From Haplodiscus bocki (taxonomy: Eukaryota): a DNA stretch of 64,000 nucleotides. Position 1 is the first letter of the stretch, and each line of letters begins with the position of its first letter. The notes under the pieces were generated by a model that was given only the letters and a program-made list of their open reading frames with translations, was not told the origin of the DNA and made no database searches. Where the stretch lies: contig OZ296651.1 of the NCBI GenBank assembly GCA_965655095.1, forward strand, positions 27,404,001-27,468,000. The letters run 5' to 3'. A program made the translations under genes and the position numbers. Positions 1 to 12,223 of this stretch are shown piece after piece.

Positions 1-3000
1 GAAAAAAATTTATAGTTTCGGAAACAAAAATTTATTTTGCGTGTAATTACGAGCTCATTTTGTAACTCCCGGCGTTCATGTTAGATTTAATTGAATTTTG
101 AATTTTTAATTTAAGAAAAGTAACAACCATTTGCTGACATTTATTTTTGCATGAAATTTTCGATTGGAATAGTTGGGAAAGACATTTTATTCGCTGTTTT
201 TTCTGGTGATCAGTTTTGCGTGACAAATAGGGAAGATGACATATCAACTGAATGATTTTTTCATTTGAAAAACTCACGTAGACGAATAAAAATGCAGAAT
301 TTTCTGAGTAATTTTTTAACGGCCCCGTTCCGTCAGTGGACACGAGCGAACTCAAAAGTTATATCTCATGTAGACCCAGAAAATAAATAGCGAGTATTAC
401 CAAAATTGATGAAAAGAAGTACCGAAATGAAATCAACAAAATAACCAGCGAAAAAGGATAAATCATTGAAAAAAGTTTTAGATACGTTTAACCAGATGAA
501 CAATAGTGCGGACAAAAATAGCCCTAGCGTTAAAAACACGAAATGATTCGAGCCAACGGCGAAAAGAGCGTTCGTAAACGCTACAAAAGAAAACAATTTG
601 AATTGCCGGGCAGTTGCTCATTTGCTTAAGGCCGTTTTTTTTCAACTTAGTCCTGGACTGAAGTTGGCACATGGCATTTCGAGAGCAATATTGCGGAAGA
701 TTTTGTTTGAACAGTCCTGCAGGGTTTTTTTATTAGTTTGTTTGATTGAGAATCTAGTGACACTTTATTTATCCGTTTATTTAATAGTTTAGTTGTGGTA
801 TTGGTGTGCGATCCAATTCCAGTAGTACCGATTGAAATTTTTCGGACTAACAATGTAAAATTGTTATATTATTCCTTTCAAGAGTTGAACAGTTGCTATT
901 GTTTGACTCAATGCCAAATGTTTTGGTTGAAAGCAAATTTTCGATGTCTAAACACGATTCTGCAAAATTTATGCTCGTTGTTATTCTGTTTGTTTGTTTA
1001 GTTTAAAGTTTTCGGACCAAGACAATCCAAACTCTTTGCGAAACGACTAGTTTCATTATTCTATCTATTTAACAGTCAAACGCTACGGGTCAGCCCTATC
1101 AGTTGAATGTTGAAAATTACAGAGTTCCACATATTTTTTGCAGAAGAAGCCTACAGCCTCCGAAATTGAATCTCATTTTGATGGGTTTTACAGTTGTAAA
1201 TTTTTTGTTTTTCCTCGGCCCGTTCCCCGTCTCGTGAACAATGGTGCTACGGCTTAATCGAATTGAAAATTAATTCTTAAAAATTCTACAGAAGCATCAA
1301 AACGTGCGCCCTACAAAAGTTTTTGGTACAGGAAACGAAGAATATAATTTTCAGTTGTCAATCTTCCTTCTTTTTTTTAGAAAATTCAAATTTTCAGATT
1401 TTTTTATTCGATCAGTCTAACATGATGATATATAAGTTAACTATTACGGCCTCCAAAATTTGTGTCACTCGTTATCCTTATTGGACGAACATTCGATTTT
1501 TTTCAACTTTTCCACTTTTTGAAATTGCTAAAAAAAATGCTAAAAATGCTAAAAAAAACGGTTTTTACACACTGAAATTCGATTTTTATTAACCAGTTCA
1601 AATAATTTCATCTGAGCTCGACTAAGTTATAACAATTCGATGATCTGATTTACGTCTGAGAAAATCAGGGCTGTATCAGAGTAAATCAGCGCTGAATCAC
1701 CGCTGTTCAGCTCTGAAACAGCGCTGCTGATCAGTCCTGAAAATTATGAAATCTCTCAAAGAGAGCTTTTCAGTGCTGATTGGCTTTGTGACTTCAACCT
1801 GGGTATGGTCGCTAGAACTACGAAATAATAATTTAGTAGCCTTTTTGCTGTATACGGGTGGTAATGGAGCAATTATCGGTGAGCTTTGTGACAAAAATTT
1901 CACCTATTTGGAGCAGATTTCAAGCTTTTATCAACGAATTGTTTTTAAATTTGTTTTTTTTTTAGAATTACATTGGATTTATTCTTTAATTATGCTTTTT
2001 CTGTAATTGGAAGAATTTCAAAAGTATGGAATACATTTCTGGAATTACATACTAATTAATATGTACAGTGGGTGATCGGAAGTTAGCGCCGCTAAAGATA
2101 AACAAAAAAAACAGCAATAACTCTTCATTTTATTAGAATGAAACTTTACAAAAACGATGTAGGGACAAAAAATTTTTTACGGTGAATATCAGGTTGCTTT
2201 AGTTCTTGAAACTACGGCATAATTCAGGATTTTTTCATCCCTTAGTCTTTGCCATTTTTTGTGCAAAAAGATTCAGGTCATACTAGCTTTTTCTTATTTG
2301 ACAAATGAATTGGTTTTTTAACGTTCTTTTAAATAATTGGTTATACTGAAGCCTTGCTGGTTAGTAAGGAATTTGTCATACCAGTAAAAATTGACACAAA
2401 ACTGAGTAACGCTTCTTTGTCGTGTGGTAAGAAAATGAAGCAAATCAACGTACTGAGTGAATATGTCTCGAACTGGTCAAGAAATTATCAAGATCACGTC
2501 TTATCAGAATAATTGTTCAAACATAGCGATTTGCAAACAACACTAGTTTCGAATTCAGTTGTAATTCTGTACAGTTGTAAACTAAGTTATTCTATTGACT
2601 TTCTGTCAAATCTGTGATAACTCAAGAAACACTAGGTTCTCACTACTTGGGTTGAAGTTTTTCAAAGAATCAAACTTCGGAAAACCAGCTCGAGTTTAGC
2701 TCTCATTGATTTTAATTGAATTATGTAACCAAAAGCCGTAGGAGGATCTGAGTACATTCAGTGAGGCAACCGAGCACAGGACGACGTAAAATTCCCGAGG
2801 AACCCATTGCTATTTGGGTTAGAAACTAATGCCTCAGTTTAAATCATTAGCCTAAACCCTAACACATCTCGTAAAAACCTGCCTGCCACTATGTGATACC
2901 AAGATCTAAAGTTTTTGCATTCCGGGAATCAAAAACAAAGAATAATACGACATTCCTGGTTCAACAGAATCCTATATCGAAAAAAATCACTAGTTAACCC

Positions 3001-5189
3001 AAAAGACGACACTGGTTTAAGTTTTCAACTCTCAAAACAACTGATATTAGTAAGCAAGACATCATAATGCATCAGAAATTTCCTGCCCCATCTGTCAAGT
3101 TTAGAAATTACGACATTTCTTTCATATTTTGAATTCAAAATGGCCAGCTATTCGACAATTCGGACCAAAGACAAATTTGGACTGAATTTTGAAATTGGTA
3201 GCAAAATGTTTCACTCACTGTCCCAATTGCTTTATTAGCATACTAACCTATCTGAAATTATTTCTGAAAGTATACCAATTCTCCAACCAGTTCTACCTAA
3301 TACCAATTTACTGAGCGGCATTTTAGTTTGTACTTTTGGTATGGTCAGATGTTTTATTAAACACCCCAAAAACTGAAGCTCCAAAATAAGTCTACAAGCA
3401 GCTAGCTATGAACGCCCAAAGTCGGCTGTGTCCAAAAGTCTCAAATTATTCAAGGCGGCTTTTTATGTTATAAAAAGTTTCTGTGAGAAACTTTTGTCTA
3501 AACTGCCGAGAGGATATAAAGTATAAAAATTTGGGAGGTATCATTTCAACCGTTGGCCTACTTCATGTTACGTTTTTTCGGACTCCAATTTGATTCTTTA
3601 ATTTTTCCTGAAGGGAAAGAGGTAATAATTTTACTTTGAAAACCGCCATTTGCTCTGAAACGAAATTTTAACAAAGTTAGAAGGAGAAAAATATCCCTGT
3701 GATATCCGGACATCTTGTTTTACTTTGTTTTTAGAGGATTTTGACAAAAATTCAAAATAGAAAATTTTGAGGCAGTTTTCAGTGCATTGAGAAATGCCAA
3801 GAATTTCAAAGTTACAAGAGCAAATCGCCATTGTAAAATTTTGGTTCGTATCCACTTAAACATCTAATTGGCGATAAAAACCATGATGACGTATAAATGT
3901 TAAAGTTTTTATAAACGCTGCTAATTGCCACTAGTTGGAGCTAATTAAACTTGGGCCGAATTGGTTGTCGGGCGGAATTGTCGCATCACCAGAACGGCCA
4001 CTTTTACACTTTATTCTGAACAGAAAGTGTCAACTATGATGAGTTGCGGCCAAGATAGGTTGACTTCAAAGAATTTTTACTGTTTTATTAGCCAGCAGCA
4101 GCTACTTTGAGAGATTCAATTTTTAAACAAGTATCGTTCTTCTTGGTTCCTCTAGTTCTCAAAGTAATTTTATCAACCTCGTCTCTGACTTTTATCTTTC
4201 TTCCCATTTTATTAAGTTTTTCTCTATGCATTTCAGGCCAGGATTGTCTTTTGACTGCTCAACTTGATCTAAAAATATTATCAAGGTCAATTAGAACATT
4301 TGACGTATACTTTTTAAAATAAACATTTGACAAAAAAAGTAGAGTCAACTGCCTTTTCAGTTACACTTAGATCAATCTCAATGACCATAACTGTCAACTG
4401 GCAGTGATTTTTGAAAAGTTTCTCCAAAAAACCACGTCCAAAAAGCGCATTTGACACCCAGAAACGTCACCTCGATGCGCGAACGGATCCAACTTTCTGT
4501 AGGTGACGTGACTTGTCACAGCGGAGGCGACAGAAATGTCCCACAACCTAGGACTTTTGTGGGCCTTATTCTATTCATGAATCTTATTCCGCAATGTTTC
4601 GGCAAAAATAATGCCTGTCAACTAATCTAGTGGAGAAATAGAGAAAGAAATTACTTATAAAACGAGCCTGCTGCTTTTTTACTGGAAAAACATCAAAAAG
4701 TTAAAGATTTTTGGGTCTGATTCCCATTTTTGCTAATCTTTTTGCAAAAAGTATACTGGCGGAGTGATGCCAAACTTTGTCAAATACCAGTGAGACTAGA
4801 TTTTTCTTTACGCAAAACAATCTCTGGAATCTTCTTTCTAAAGAACTTTTATCTCTCGGGTTCTTTTATTTGTTACTGTTCCGGAAAAACGCTTTCTGCA
4901 AAATAAATTTAAAGTGAATTATAAACAAAATGGCCCGCTATCCACTGGCAAAGTTTCCGCCCACCAATTTTTACAAAGACGCTTTGTAGGTTAGAAGCGT
5001 TCTTTTCTGATATATGCTCCTTCAACAACAAACTTTCTAATTTTTCCAAATGTGAAAACTTTCCAAAGTTCTCTGGGCGAAAAAATGATAATAGCTACGA
5101 AAAAAGACAATTTCGAGGGAGAAGATCATTTTGTACCAACGCTACAGAAAACCTACCAATTTTGATGCTTTTGGAAAAAATGATGAGTA

Positions 5190-8100
5190 TCCGATGTTAG
5201 CCAAGGACTTGAGTCAAGCTACAGAGTTCCAACAAAAGGCTTTGAGGTACCCACATTCAAAACGGAAGACGGGAACGAATTACACACCGTGGAAATGACC
5301 TCAGAGAACTGCACAGAGGTAACAAACTCATTGCGCAAGGAATCCTGCTGTGGAGGCATTTCTGTTGCCCCGAAAAGTACAATCACTTGGATTTTATTTG
5401 AGTCAGAAAATGCTACAACTGTCAGAAGTTTGGAAACATTACAAAAACATCTTGAGTGAGAGTCAAGTGCGAAAACGTCAATCAATCCCATCGAACCAAC
5501 AACTGCACTCCAGTGGACAACCTTGAGTGCGCGAACACCGGAAAAAAACACGTACTAAACTCAAGGGATTGTTTGGTATGTCTGCTCACCCTGAAGAAAT
5601 TTTTTTGCAGCCGCAACCAGCAGTTACCACAAAAACTTACGCTAAAATACTTGATGCTCAAATTGAATCCTGATACTTTGAGAAAACACTTCTTACAGCT
5701 GAACACTTCAGGACCTGGCATGTTCAAATTAGTTGTAATGTGCAAATACCTAGAAAACACATCACCAATCGAAACTCTGGGAGAAAATCTCAAAATCATC
5801 TTCAAAGATGAGTTTACCAACATCTAAAAGCTACAGAGCTGCAATCACCGGAATAAAGGAGGAATAAGCCTTCTCATCAAGGGAAATTTATTGTTTGGTG
5901 GAAGACCTCATCTCAAGACAAACGAAATTGATGCCGTCTGGTCTATTGTCCACTCAGAAGGTTTTACCTTTCTGGCAGGATCTGTATGCATACCACCAGA
6001 GTGCGAGAGTCAGATGATGATCTTCCCCGAAATATTGAGAAAAACCGCAGATTGCTGTAAAACAAACAAAGATAGGGGCTGCATTATTTTGGATGACTTT
6101 AATTCCGGACACACAATGTGGCAAGATACCAAAATCCACAATCACGGAAATCTGCTTGAAAATTTTCTAGCGTCAACTCACAGCTTGTCTTTTTGGAGCC
6201 CAGATGTGTCCACGATCTTGACTTGCAGTCAAAAGTAAAATCCTTATTGACTTGGTTTTACTCTCTGGAAAAGCGAAAGCAAAACTTCTGCGTGATTCAA
6301 TTGACGATGAAGTGGGATTGTTCACCGGAGGCCCAGGAGAGGACACGTACCGCTACTGAGCACCTTAGCCCCACGACCACCCAAGAAAATTACAAAAACC
6401 ACGCATGTTCACAATTGACGGGGATGCTTGGAATTTCACACTAGAAACCAAATGCGAACAAGCGTTGCCTTTGATAGAAACAAAAAATGCAACTGAAAAA
6501 AAGAGAAACGTTGAAACAACTTCTAAACGATGCACAAAGTATACTCATGAAAACCAAAACGTTTCTTGGGCACAAAACGTATGGAAGCGATTCAATATCT
6601 GCGGGCTGCCAGAAGACATTACCGAAGCACATCCACACCAATGAACGAGAAAGTCTTCGAAGAAAAACAAGGCATCTTCAGAAGTTTACTGATAGACAAG
6701 GCCAACAACTGGATCAACTCACTGTTTGACGAAATGGATTTGGCAAAGGATTGAAACTTCTAGGAGAATTTGGGTAAAATGCAAAACAAACAGACAAGAG
6801 CCAAGGCATTGCTTTTTTGAACAATGAGTCAGGATACCTCCCTGAAAACAGCGAGAAAGCCGAAATACGGAGGGAAACTATCTTCACGTGACAGCACTGG
6901 ACAAACTTTGATTTCGACAACTTTTTCTTTCTTTCGATCAACGAATAAGTGAAACATCGCACTGTACAAGCCGCAAAAGATCCGCACTGGTGCAACACCA
7001 CACCCCCACCCCCCCCCCGGTTGGGTAAGAAAAAAACGATCCAATCAAGAAATTTACCACTGCCAACAAATCTTTTGAAACAAAAACAATCACATCAAGG
7101 TCTTGGAGAGAACACTGGAAATAGTTTCGGAGACTTCCTGCTTCAACTGTTCAATGGATGCTGAGACAAATAAATCTGGCCTAGGCAAAGCAGTAAAGAA
7201 ATTTTTCTTCGGGAGCCAAGGAAAACGAACTCGTCAAGACTTCGTCATACTGCCCAACCACATTATCCAGTTACGCTGGAAAATTATTCGAACGCGTGCT
7301 AGATTCAAGAATCTGATCCTTTGCAAAACAAGAGGGATTTTGGACGTTGAACAAGGAAAAATTTGGAAACACAAAAGCTCCGTACGACTTTTTTAACAAC
7401 TCATGAAAAATTGCAAAAGTTTGAGAGCGAGAAATCGACTCGGCACTTTGATAGTTTTGGACACTGAAAAAGTTTCGGTTCTGGATAGACGAATGGACTA
7501 CTCTGGAAGCTTAACAACATCGGCAATTCAGGCAAACTGTTTGGCCCCCTTTGGATTTTCCTAAAAAACAGCAAATTGTTAACTGAAACTGGCAACCACA
7601 ATAGCGAAACTTTCAGAAGCAACATCACAGTACCGCGGGTTGCAGTGCTCTCACCTCTCTCAATTGTCTTTTTTTAATTCAGAAATGTTTTCCGGAAAGG
7701 AAGCAGAGAGTTCCAAATAGGCAGATGATGGTAACTTCTTGATCAGCGCAGACACCAAAGTCGATTTAGACCGACAAACGAGAACAACTCTCGTGAAATT
7801 CTTCCAATGTTGTACCAAGTAGCGGTCTAAATTGAACATAGAGAAAACTATAATAGTTCCATTTAACCGAGTAGACGGTAACCTATTCGTGCCCAAGATT
7901 GGCAGTGAAAAAGTCATGGTATCTGATAGCTGCAGAATTCTAGGCATCGAATTTGACTCAAAGTTGTCATTCAAATCCCAATCTAATAACGAAAGGACGC
8001 GCTCAACATCACTTTCAGGCAATAGCTAAGCACTTTGAGTTCAAGTGGGGAATGAGCCCAAAAAATTGGATCAGACTCTATTTTCAGGTTTCCTTGGCAA

Positions 8101-8580
8101 AAGCAATGTATGCAGCGCCAGCGTGGGCACGGGAAAATCTATGAAGTCTTCACGCTTCGGACTGTAAAATTGTCAGGCAAGCGCTAAGTGTTCCAGTATC
8201 GAGTAGCAACTGCGTTGGAATAATTTTAGCCTGGACACTCCCACTGGACATCCACTGCGAGACATTGACAGTCAGCTCCTTCGAAAAGTTCGAAATCAAA
8301 CGACCAGTTAAAAAGCTGTGTAGTGGAGTCCGTAGACAAAAATGTGAAACAAGACATCACGATTCTGACGAAATTCGAGAAGATCACAATATTAGGTAAA
8401 TGAAACTACAACCGTGCAGTTGTAAAATTATTTGTTGAGCACGAATGGACCGGAAGACTATGAAACTCTGAGCAAACTAGCTCGACACCTTTACCAATTC
8501 GAGAAGCCACACTGAAACCTATCGCTTTGCGTGAGTCTCGCTCTTTGAATGTTAAGAAAATAAACCACAGCTTACTACTC
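5190..8580 (+). mobile_element. Old, heavily decayed non-LTR retrotransposon (LINE): ORF1 remnant, APE endonuclease and RT relics; interrupted by a younger LINE
   Basis: Broken reading frames retain APE motifs (GGISLLIK ~5857, GSVCIPP, IILDDFNSGHTMW ~6083) and RT motifs (KLFERVL ~7280, VPRVAVLSPL ~7630, xADDG ~7720, LGIEFDSKLSFKS ~7940). Many stops and frameshifts. Boundaries approximate. Confidence 0.75.
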
Positions 8581-8581
8581 G

Positions 8582-10811
8582 ATAGAAAGAAAGAAAGAAA
8601 GAAGGAAAGAAAGAATTAATTATTTCTGAAACACATCAGAAATACTATGATTTAAATACAAACAACAAAAAGGAACAATCAATCAGGTTTGGTAGTGGTA
8701 GCGTTCATTTAAAGGAAAGTTTTCTCAAGGCTCTATGCGGAAACAATTTCATGTTTTTTTCAAGTTTAAAGTTGCTTGATGTTTCGCAAGTTCGCAGTCT
8801 TCCGTCTGCATATTCAGATCTTGTTGGGAGGAGGTGATGTAGAATGTGGTCCGGTGATTTCATCTTCTGCAGAAGTTGCATGTCGTTCTCTTCAATGAGG
8901 CGTTTAATTGGTGTAAATCTTTTGATAATTCCTAAGTTCATAGCCCGCTTCTGGACTTTGTCGATGTTCTGAAGAGTGCTAATCGGAGCGCCTCCCCAGA
9001 CTGGTAAGCCATAGGTGAGGATGCTCAATACCAGGGACTTGTAAAGTAGAGCTAGAACTTCAGGAGTGAAACCTAAGTTTTTCAGCCTAACGAGTAGATA
9101 GCAGATGCTCGATGCCTTCTTACAGGATTGTAGAACATGTGATTTAAAACTCAATTTGTTATCTAGTATGAATCCTAAAACTTTCATTTCGTCAACTTTT
9201 GCTATTTCTTCATGTTTTAACAGGCTGGATTCTCTTCGTTTGAAGTTCACTGTTAAGACTTTTGTTTTTGATTCGTTCAAAGTGAATCTATTCTCGCCGC
9301 ACCATCTTTTTAAGGAATCCAGGGCAACGAGAGTGTTGTCATTGTCAGTTGTGCATGATATTGTACAGTTACTGTCATCAGCAAACTTTGTTATCTCAGC
9401 GTTAGGAATCGTGTTTAGGTTCATATCAAATGTGCTCGTATTAAAAAGTGGGGGTCCAAGGACTGTCCCTTGTGGTACTCCTTGATTTATCAGACGCAGG
9501 TCTGACGTTTGGGCTTCGAATTGAGTGTAAATCTTTCGATCAGTGAGGAAATTCGATATCCAGTTAATTATATAGTTGTTGATAGGTGGATCAACTTTAC
9601 TGAGTTTCTCAACTATTAAATTGTGCTGTACCCTGTCAAACGCTTTACTCAGGTCCACAGATAAAATTCGCATGTAATCAAAATGTTTTTCTTCGGAATT
9701 GGCTACGTGATTTTGAAGTTCTAGTATGGCTGTGGTCGTTGAAGCACCATTTCTGAATCCATGTTGGTTCGATGGTAGCCAAGTATTATATTGGGGGGGA
9801 CACAAACCGTTTCATGACAATTTTTTCGAAGATTCTTGAAACTATCGAGGTGATGGAGACCGGTCTATAGTCTCCGAAATTCTTCGATTCTGATGTCTTC
9901 GGAATTGGCACAATTGTTGCCATTTTGAAGACTGCTGGGACCAATGCCTGTTTGATAGACGCGTTGAAGATAACCGCAAGCGGTTCGGCAAAGTTATGTG
10001 CATTGTCTTTGAGTAGCCAAGAAGGGATCCCGTCTGGACCAGTGGTCGTTCTTTTCAAGTTTCTTAGTTCATCATAGACTTGCTGAATTGTTATCTCAGG
10101 AACTTCTTCGGAGGCCGTTGATTTCTGTTCCGGTTTTCTATAGTTCTCAGTTGTGCAGATATTCGCGAAAAAATCATTAAGTTCATGCGCATTATGTTTG
10201 ATGATCGATTTACCTTTGGTTCTTCCCGCTAATGTGTTGATCTCCTTCCACCATAAAGCTGTTCCTCTCTTTCCACGGGTCAAATTTTTCTTTATTTCAT
10301 TTTTAATTTCTTCTTCTAAATTCACAGAGGACCTGTTTCTGCGTTTGAGTTGGTATTTCTTTTTCAGTAGCGATTTCAAGTACGGTGTCATGAAAGGTGG
10401 GTCCCGGTCGGACAGTTTAACTTTCTTTAATGGGCAGGTTTGATCAAGAGCTTCCATTATCAAGTTTTGTAAGTTTTCGTAGCTGGAGTTCGGATCTGTG
10501 GCATTTGTAGCCTCAAGTATATCAATTGAGTCTAAAAAGAGTCCAAGTTGCTGCTTATTTCTGAATTTTGTTTCCCGAAACGTTCTGAAACATCTCTCAG
10601 TATGTGGTTGCGTTGGCTCACAGAGTACTCCTTTATGATCAGACTTGAGATAAGTTTCAATTACTTGTGCCTCTTTATAAAGTCCACTGTGATTAATAAA
10701 AATTTTGTCCAGCGTTTTGTTTTCTCTGGTTGGGGCAGATGGGATTAGTTCTAAGTCCGAGAAGTTGAGTAGCAAGGATTCATCAAAAGAGTTGAAGATA
10801 GGTGTCACAGA
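8582..10811 (-). mobile_element. 5'-truncated CR1/L2-group LINE, nearly intact ORF2 with (TTTC)n 3' tail
   Basis: ORFs 9786-10808 and 8705-9805 join via a frameshift near the G7 run at 9793-9799. Motifs in order: LDKIF..SDH (APE C-term), GPDGIP, PIPK, YRPVSITS, QHGFR, DLSKAFD, GVPQGTVLGP, FADD, LGF. No C-terminal Zn finger. Microsatellite tail (GAAA)n on + strand at ~8584-8614. Confidence 0.9.
8705..10808 (-). pseudogene. LINE ORF2 (partial endonuclease + reverse transcriptase), one frameshift
   Basis: Two overlapping ORFs (340 aa + 366 aa) with complete RT motifs 1-7. Confidence 0.88.
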
Positions 10812-11130
10812 CTTACAAATTACGCCTACAAGTGCAGCTTAGTGCTCTCACCCAATCGCAAACGCGAAAGAGCTTAAGAAACTTCCCGGCGCTTCCTCTT
10901 CGAGTGTCAGAGACCGCGCACGCAGATCAGACAAATACTTGAAACCTGACATTTACGATGAAGATTGGATCACACAACAGATAAAATTCATATAGGATTC
11001 CAAAATACTCGAGCCCTGAAAAAACGACCAAGTCCACAACCAGCCAACTACAAAACGGTCGAAAACTGTCCAAAGAAACTATGAAGAGTATCCCGCAACG
11101 ACATCTCTTTTCAAGAACATACATATATAT
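10812..11130 (+). mobile_element. 3' remainder of the old + strand LINE (degenerate C-terminal CCHC region)
   Basis: Translates as LTNYAYKCSLVLSP...ETSRRFLFECQR, resembling the LxxYLYK..SPxCxC..ETxxHFLFEC C-terminal finger of LINE ORF2. It resumes directly after the inserted CR1/L2 copy. Confidence 0.55.
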
Positions 11131-11734
11131 AAGGTCAGAAAGTTTTATATTTTTTTTAGAAAAAACATGAAAATCGAGCTATGTGAGGATAATTTGTCAA
11201 TTTTTATCCAATGTCCTAGAGGATTCTTGTTGTTCATTTTGGAAGAAATGGAAGGTGAATTCTCATGGCGTCGAATTTCAAAGCTTTGAAACATTGCACA
11301 CAAAGATTGTCGAAATCTTTGGAGCATGTTATGGTTTACTCGTCAATTTTTACGCTTTGAATAGTCAATTTTTCGATGCGTTGGGAATCGACGTTTTTTC
11401 GACGCGATGTATTGGCAACGAAATGTGTGTCTATTCATTTATGATTACTCATAATTTAAGTCTTTTAGTAGTAGTAGAAATGGAGATGTGCGTGAAATCA
11501 ATTTTTCATTTTGCTTGGTTAAATGCGCAAATTATTTAAACATTGAGCTGTAAAGTGGAGTAACACAAAAAGACTTGAATTGCAGATTCAATGTTTGAGA
11601 ATGAGGCACAGTTACAGGTACTTTTTTCATTTGGACTGTTTTGAACAAACGCTTGAATGACAGGTGGTAGCATCTAAGTGTCAATCACATAGATATGTAA
11701 CTGGTTACGATGAGTTTGCTTTTTCCAGGCTGAA

Positions 11735-12223
11735 ATGAGAATTAATCGTTGTTTCTTTTGCTCTGGGCCTGTGCAACCGGGAAGTGGCATTCTTTTTGTT
11801 AGAAACGACTGCAAGCAGTTCTTGTTTTGCAAGAAAAAATGCAACGTGGCTTTCAAACAGAAGCGCAACCCTCGAAAAGTGAAGTGGACAAAAGCTAGTC
11901 GGAAAAGCAGAGGAAAAGAATTGGCTATTGATCCGTGCTTCGAATTTGAACGACGGCGGGACATTCCTGTAAGATATTCGAGGGAACTATGGCAGGAAAC
12001 CGTTAAAGCCATGATGACCGTGGCTGCAGTAAAGAAGAAGAGGCAGAAGCAATTTACAATCAATCGATCCGAAGAATGCAAGCGACTTACTTTCAGAACA
12101 GACAAAAGCGACATCAGAAAGGGTATCCATCTTCTCGAAATGAAGGAAAAGAAGAAGAAACCAGTGATACAAATTTTGGAAGATGTTGAATTGGAAGACC
12201 TTGTAGAAATGGAAGAAAATTGA
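11735..12223 (+). CDS. RSL24D1: Ribosome biogenesis protein RLP24 / ribosomal L24e-domain protein
   Basis: 162 aa, MRINRCFFCSGPVQPGSG..FVRNDCK..FC..KC..F..KRNPRKVKWTKA..GKELA.D..FEFERRR matches the RLP24 subfamily, with an acidic C-tail. Splice-acceptor-like ttttccag just upstream (11721-11728). Confidence 0.92.
   Translation: MRINRCFFCSGPVQPGSGILFVRNDCKQFLFCKKKCNVAFKQKRNPRKVKWTKASRKSRGKELAIDPCFEFERRRDIPVRYSRELWQETVKAMMTVAAVKKKRQKQFTINRSEECKRLTFRTDKSDIRKGIHLLEMKEKKKKPVIQILEDVELEDLVEMEEN

Noticed and set aside
2062-2100. TA-CAGTGG Tc1/mariner-like terminus
   Set aside because: No matching opposite TIR or transposase found.
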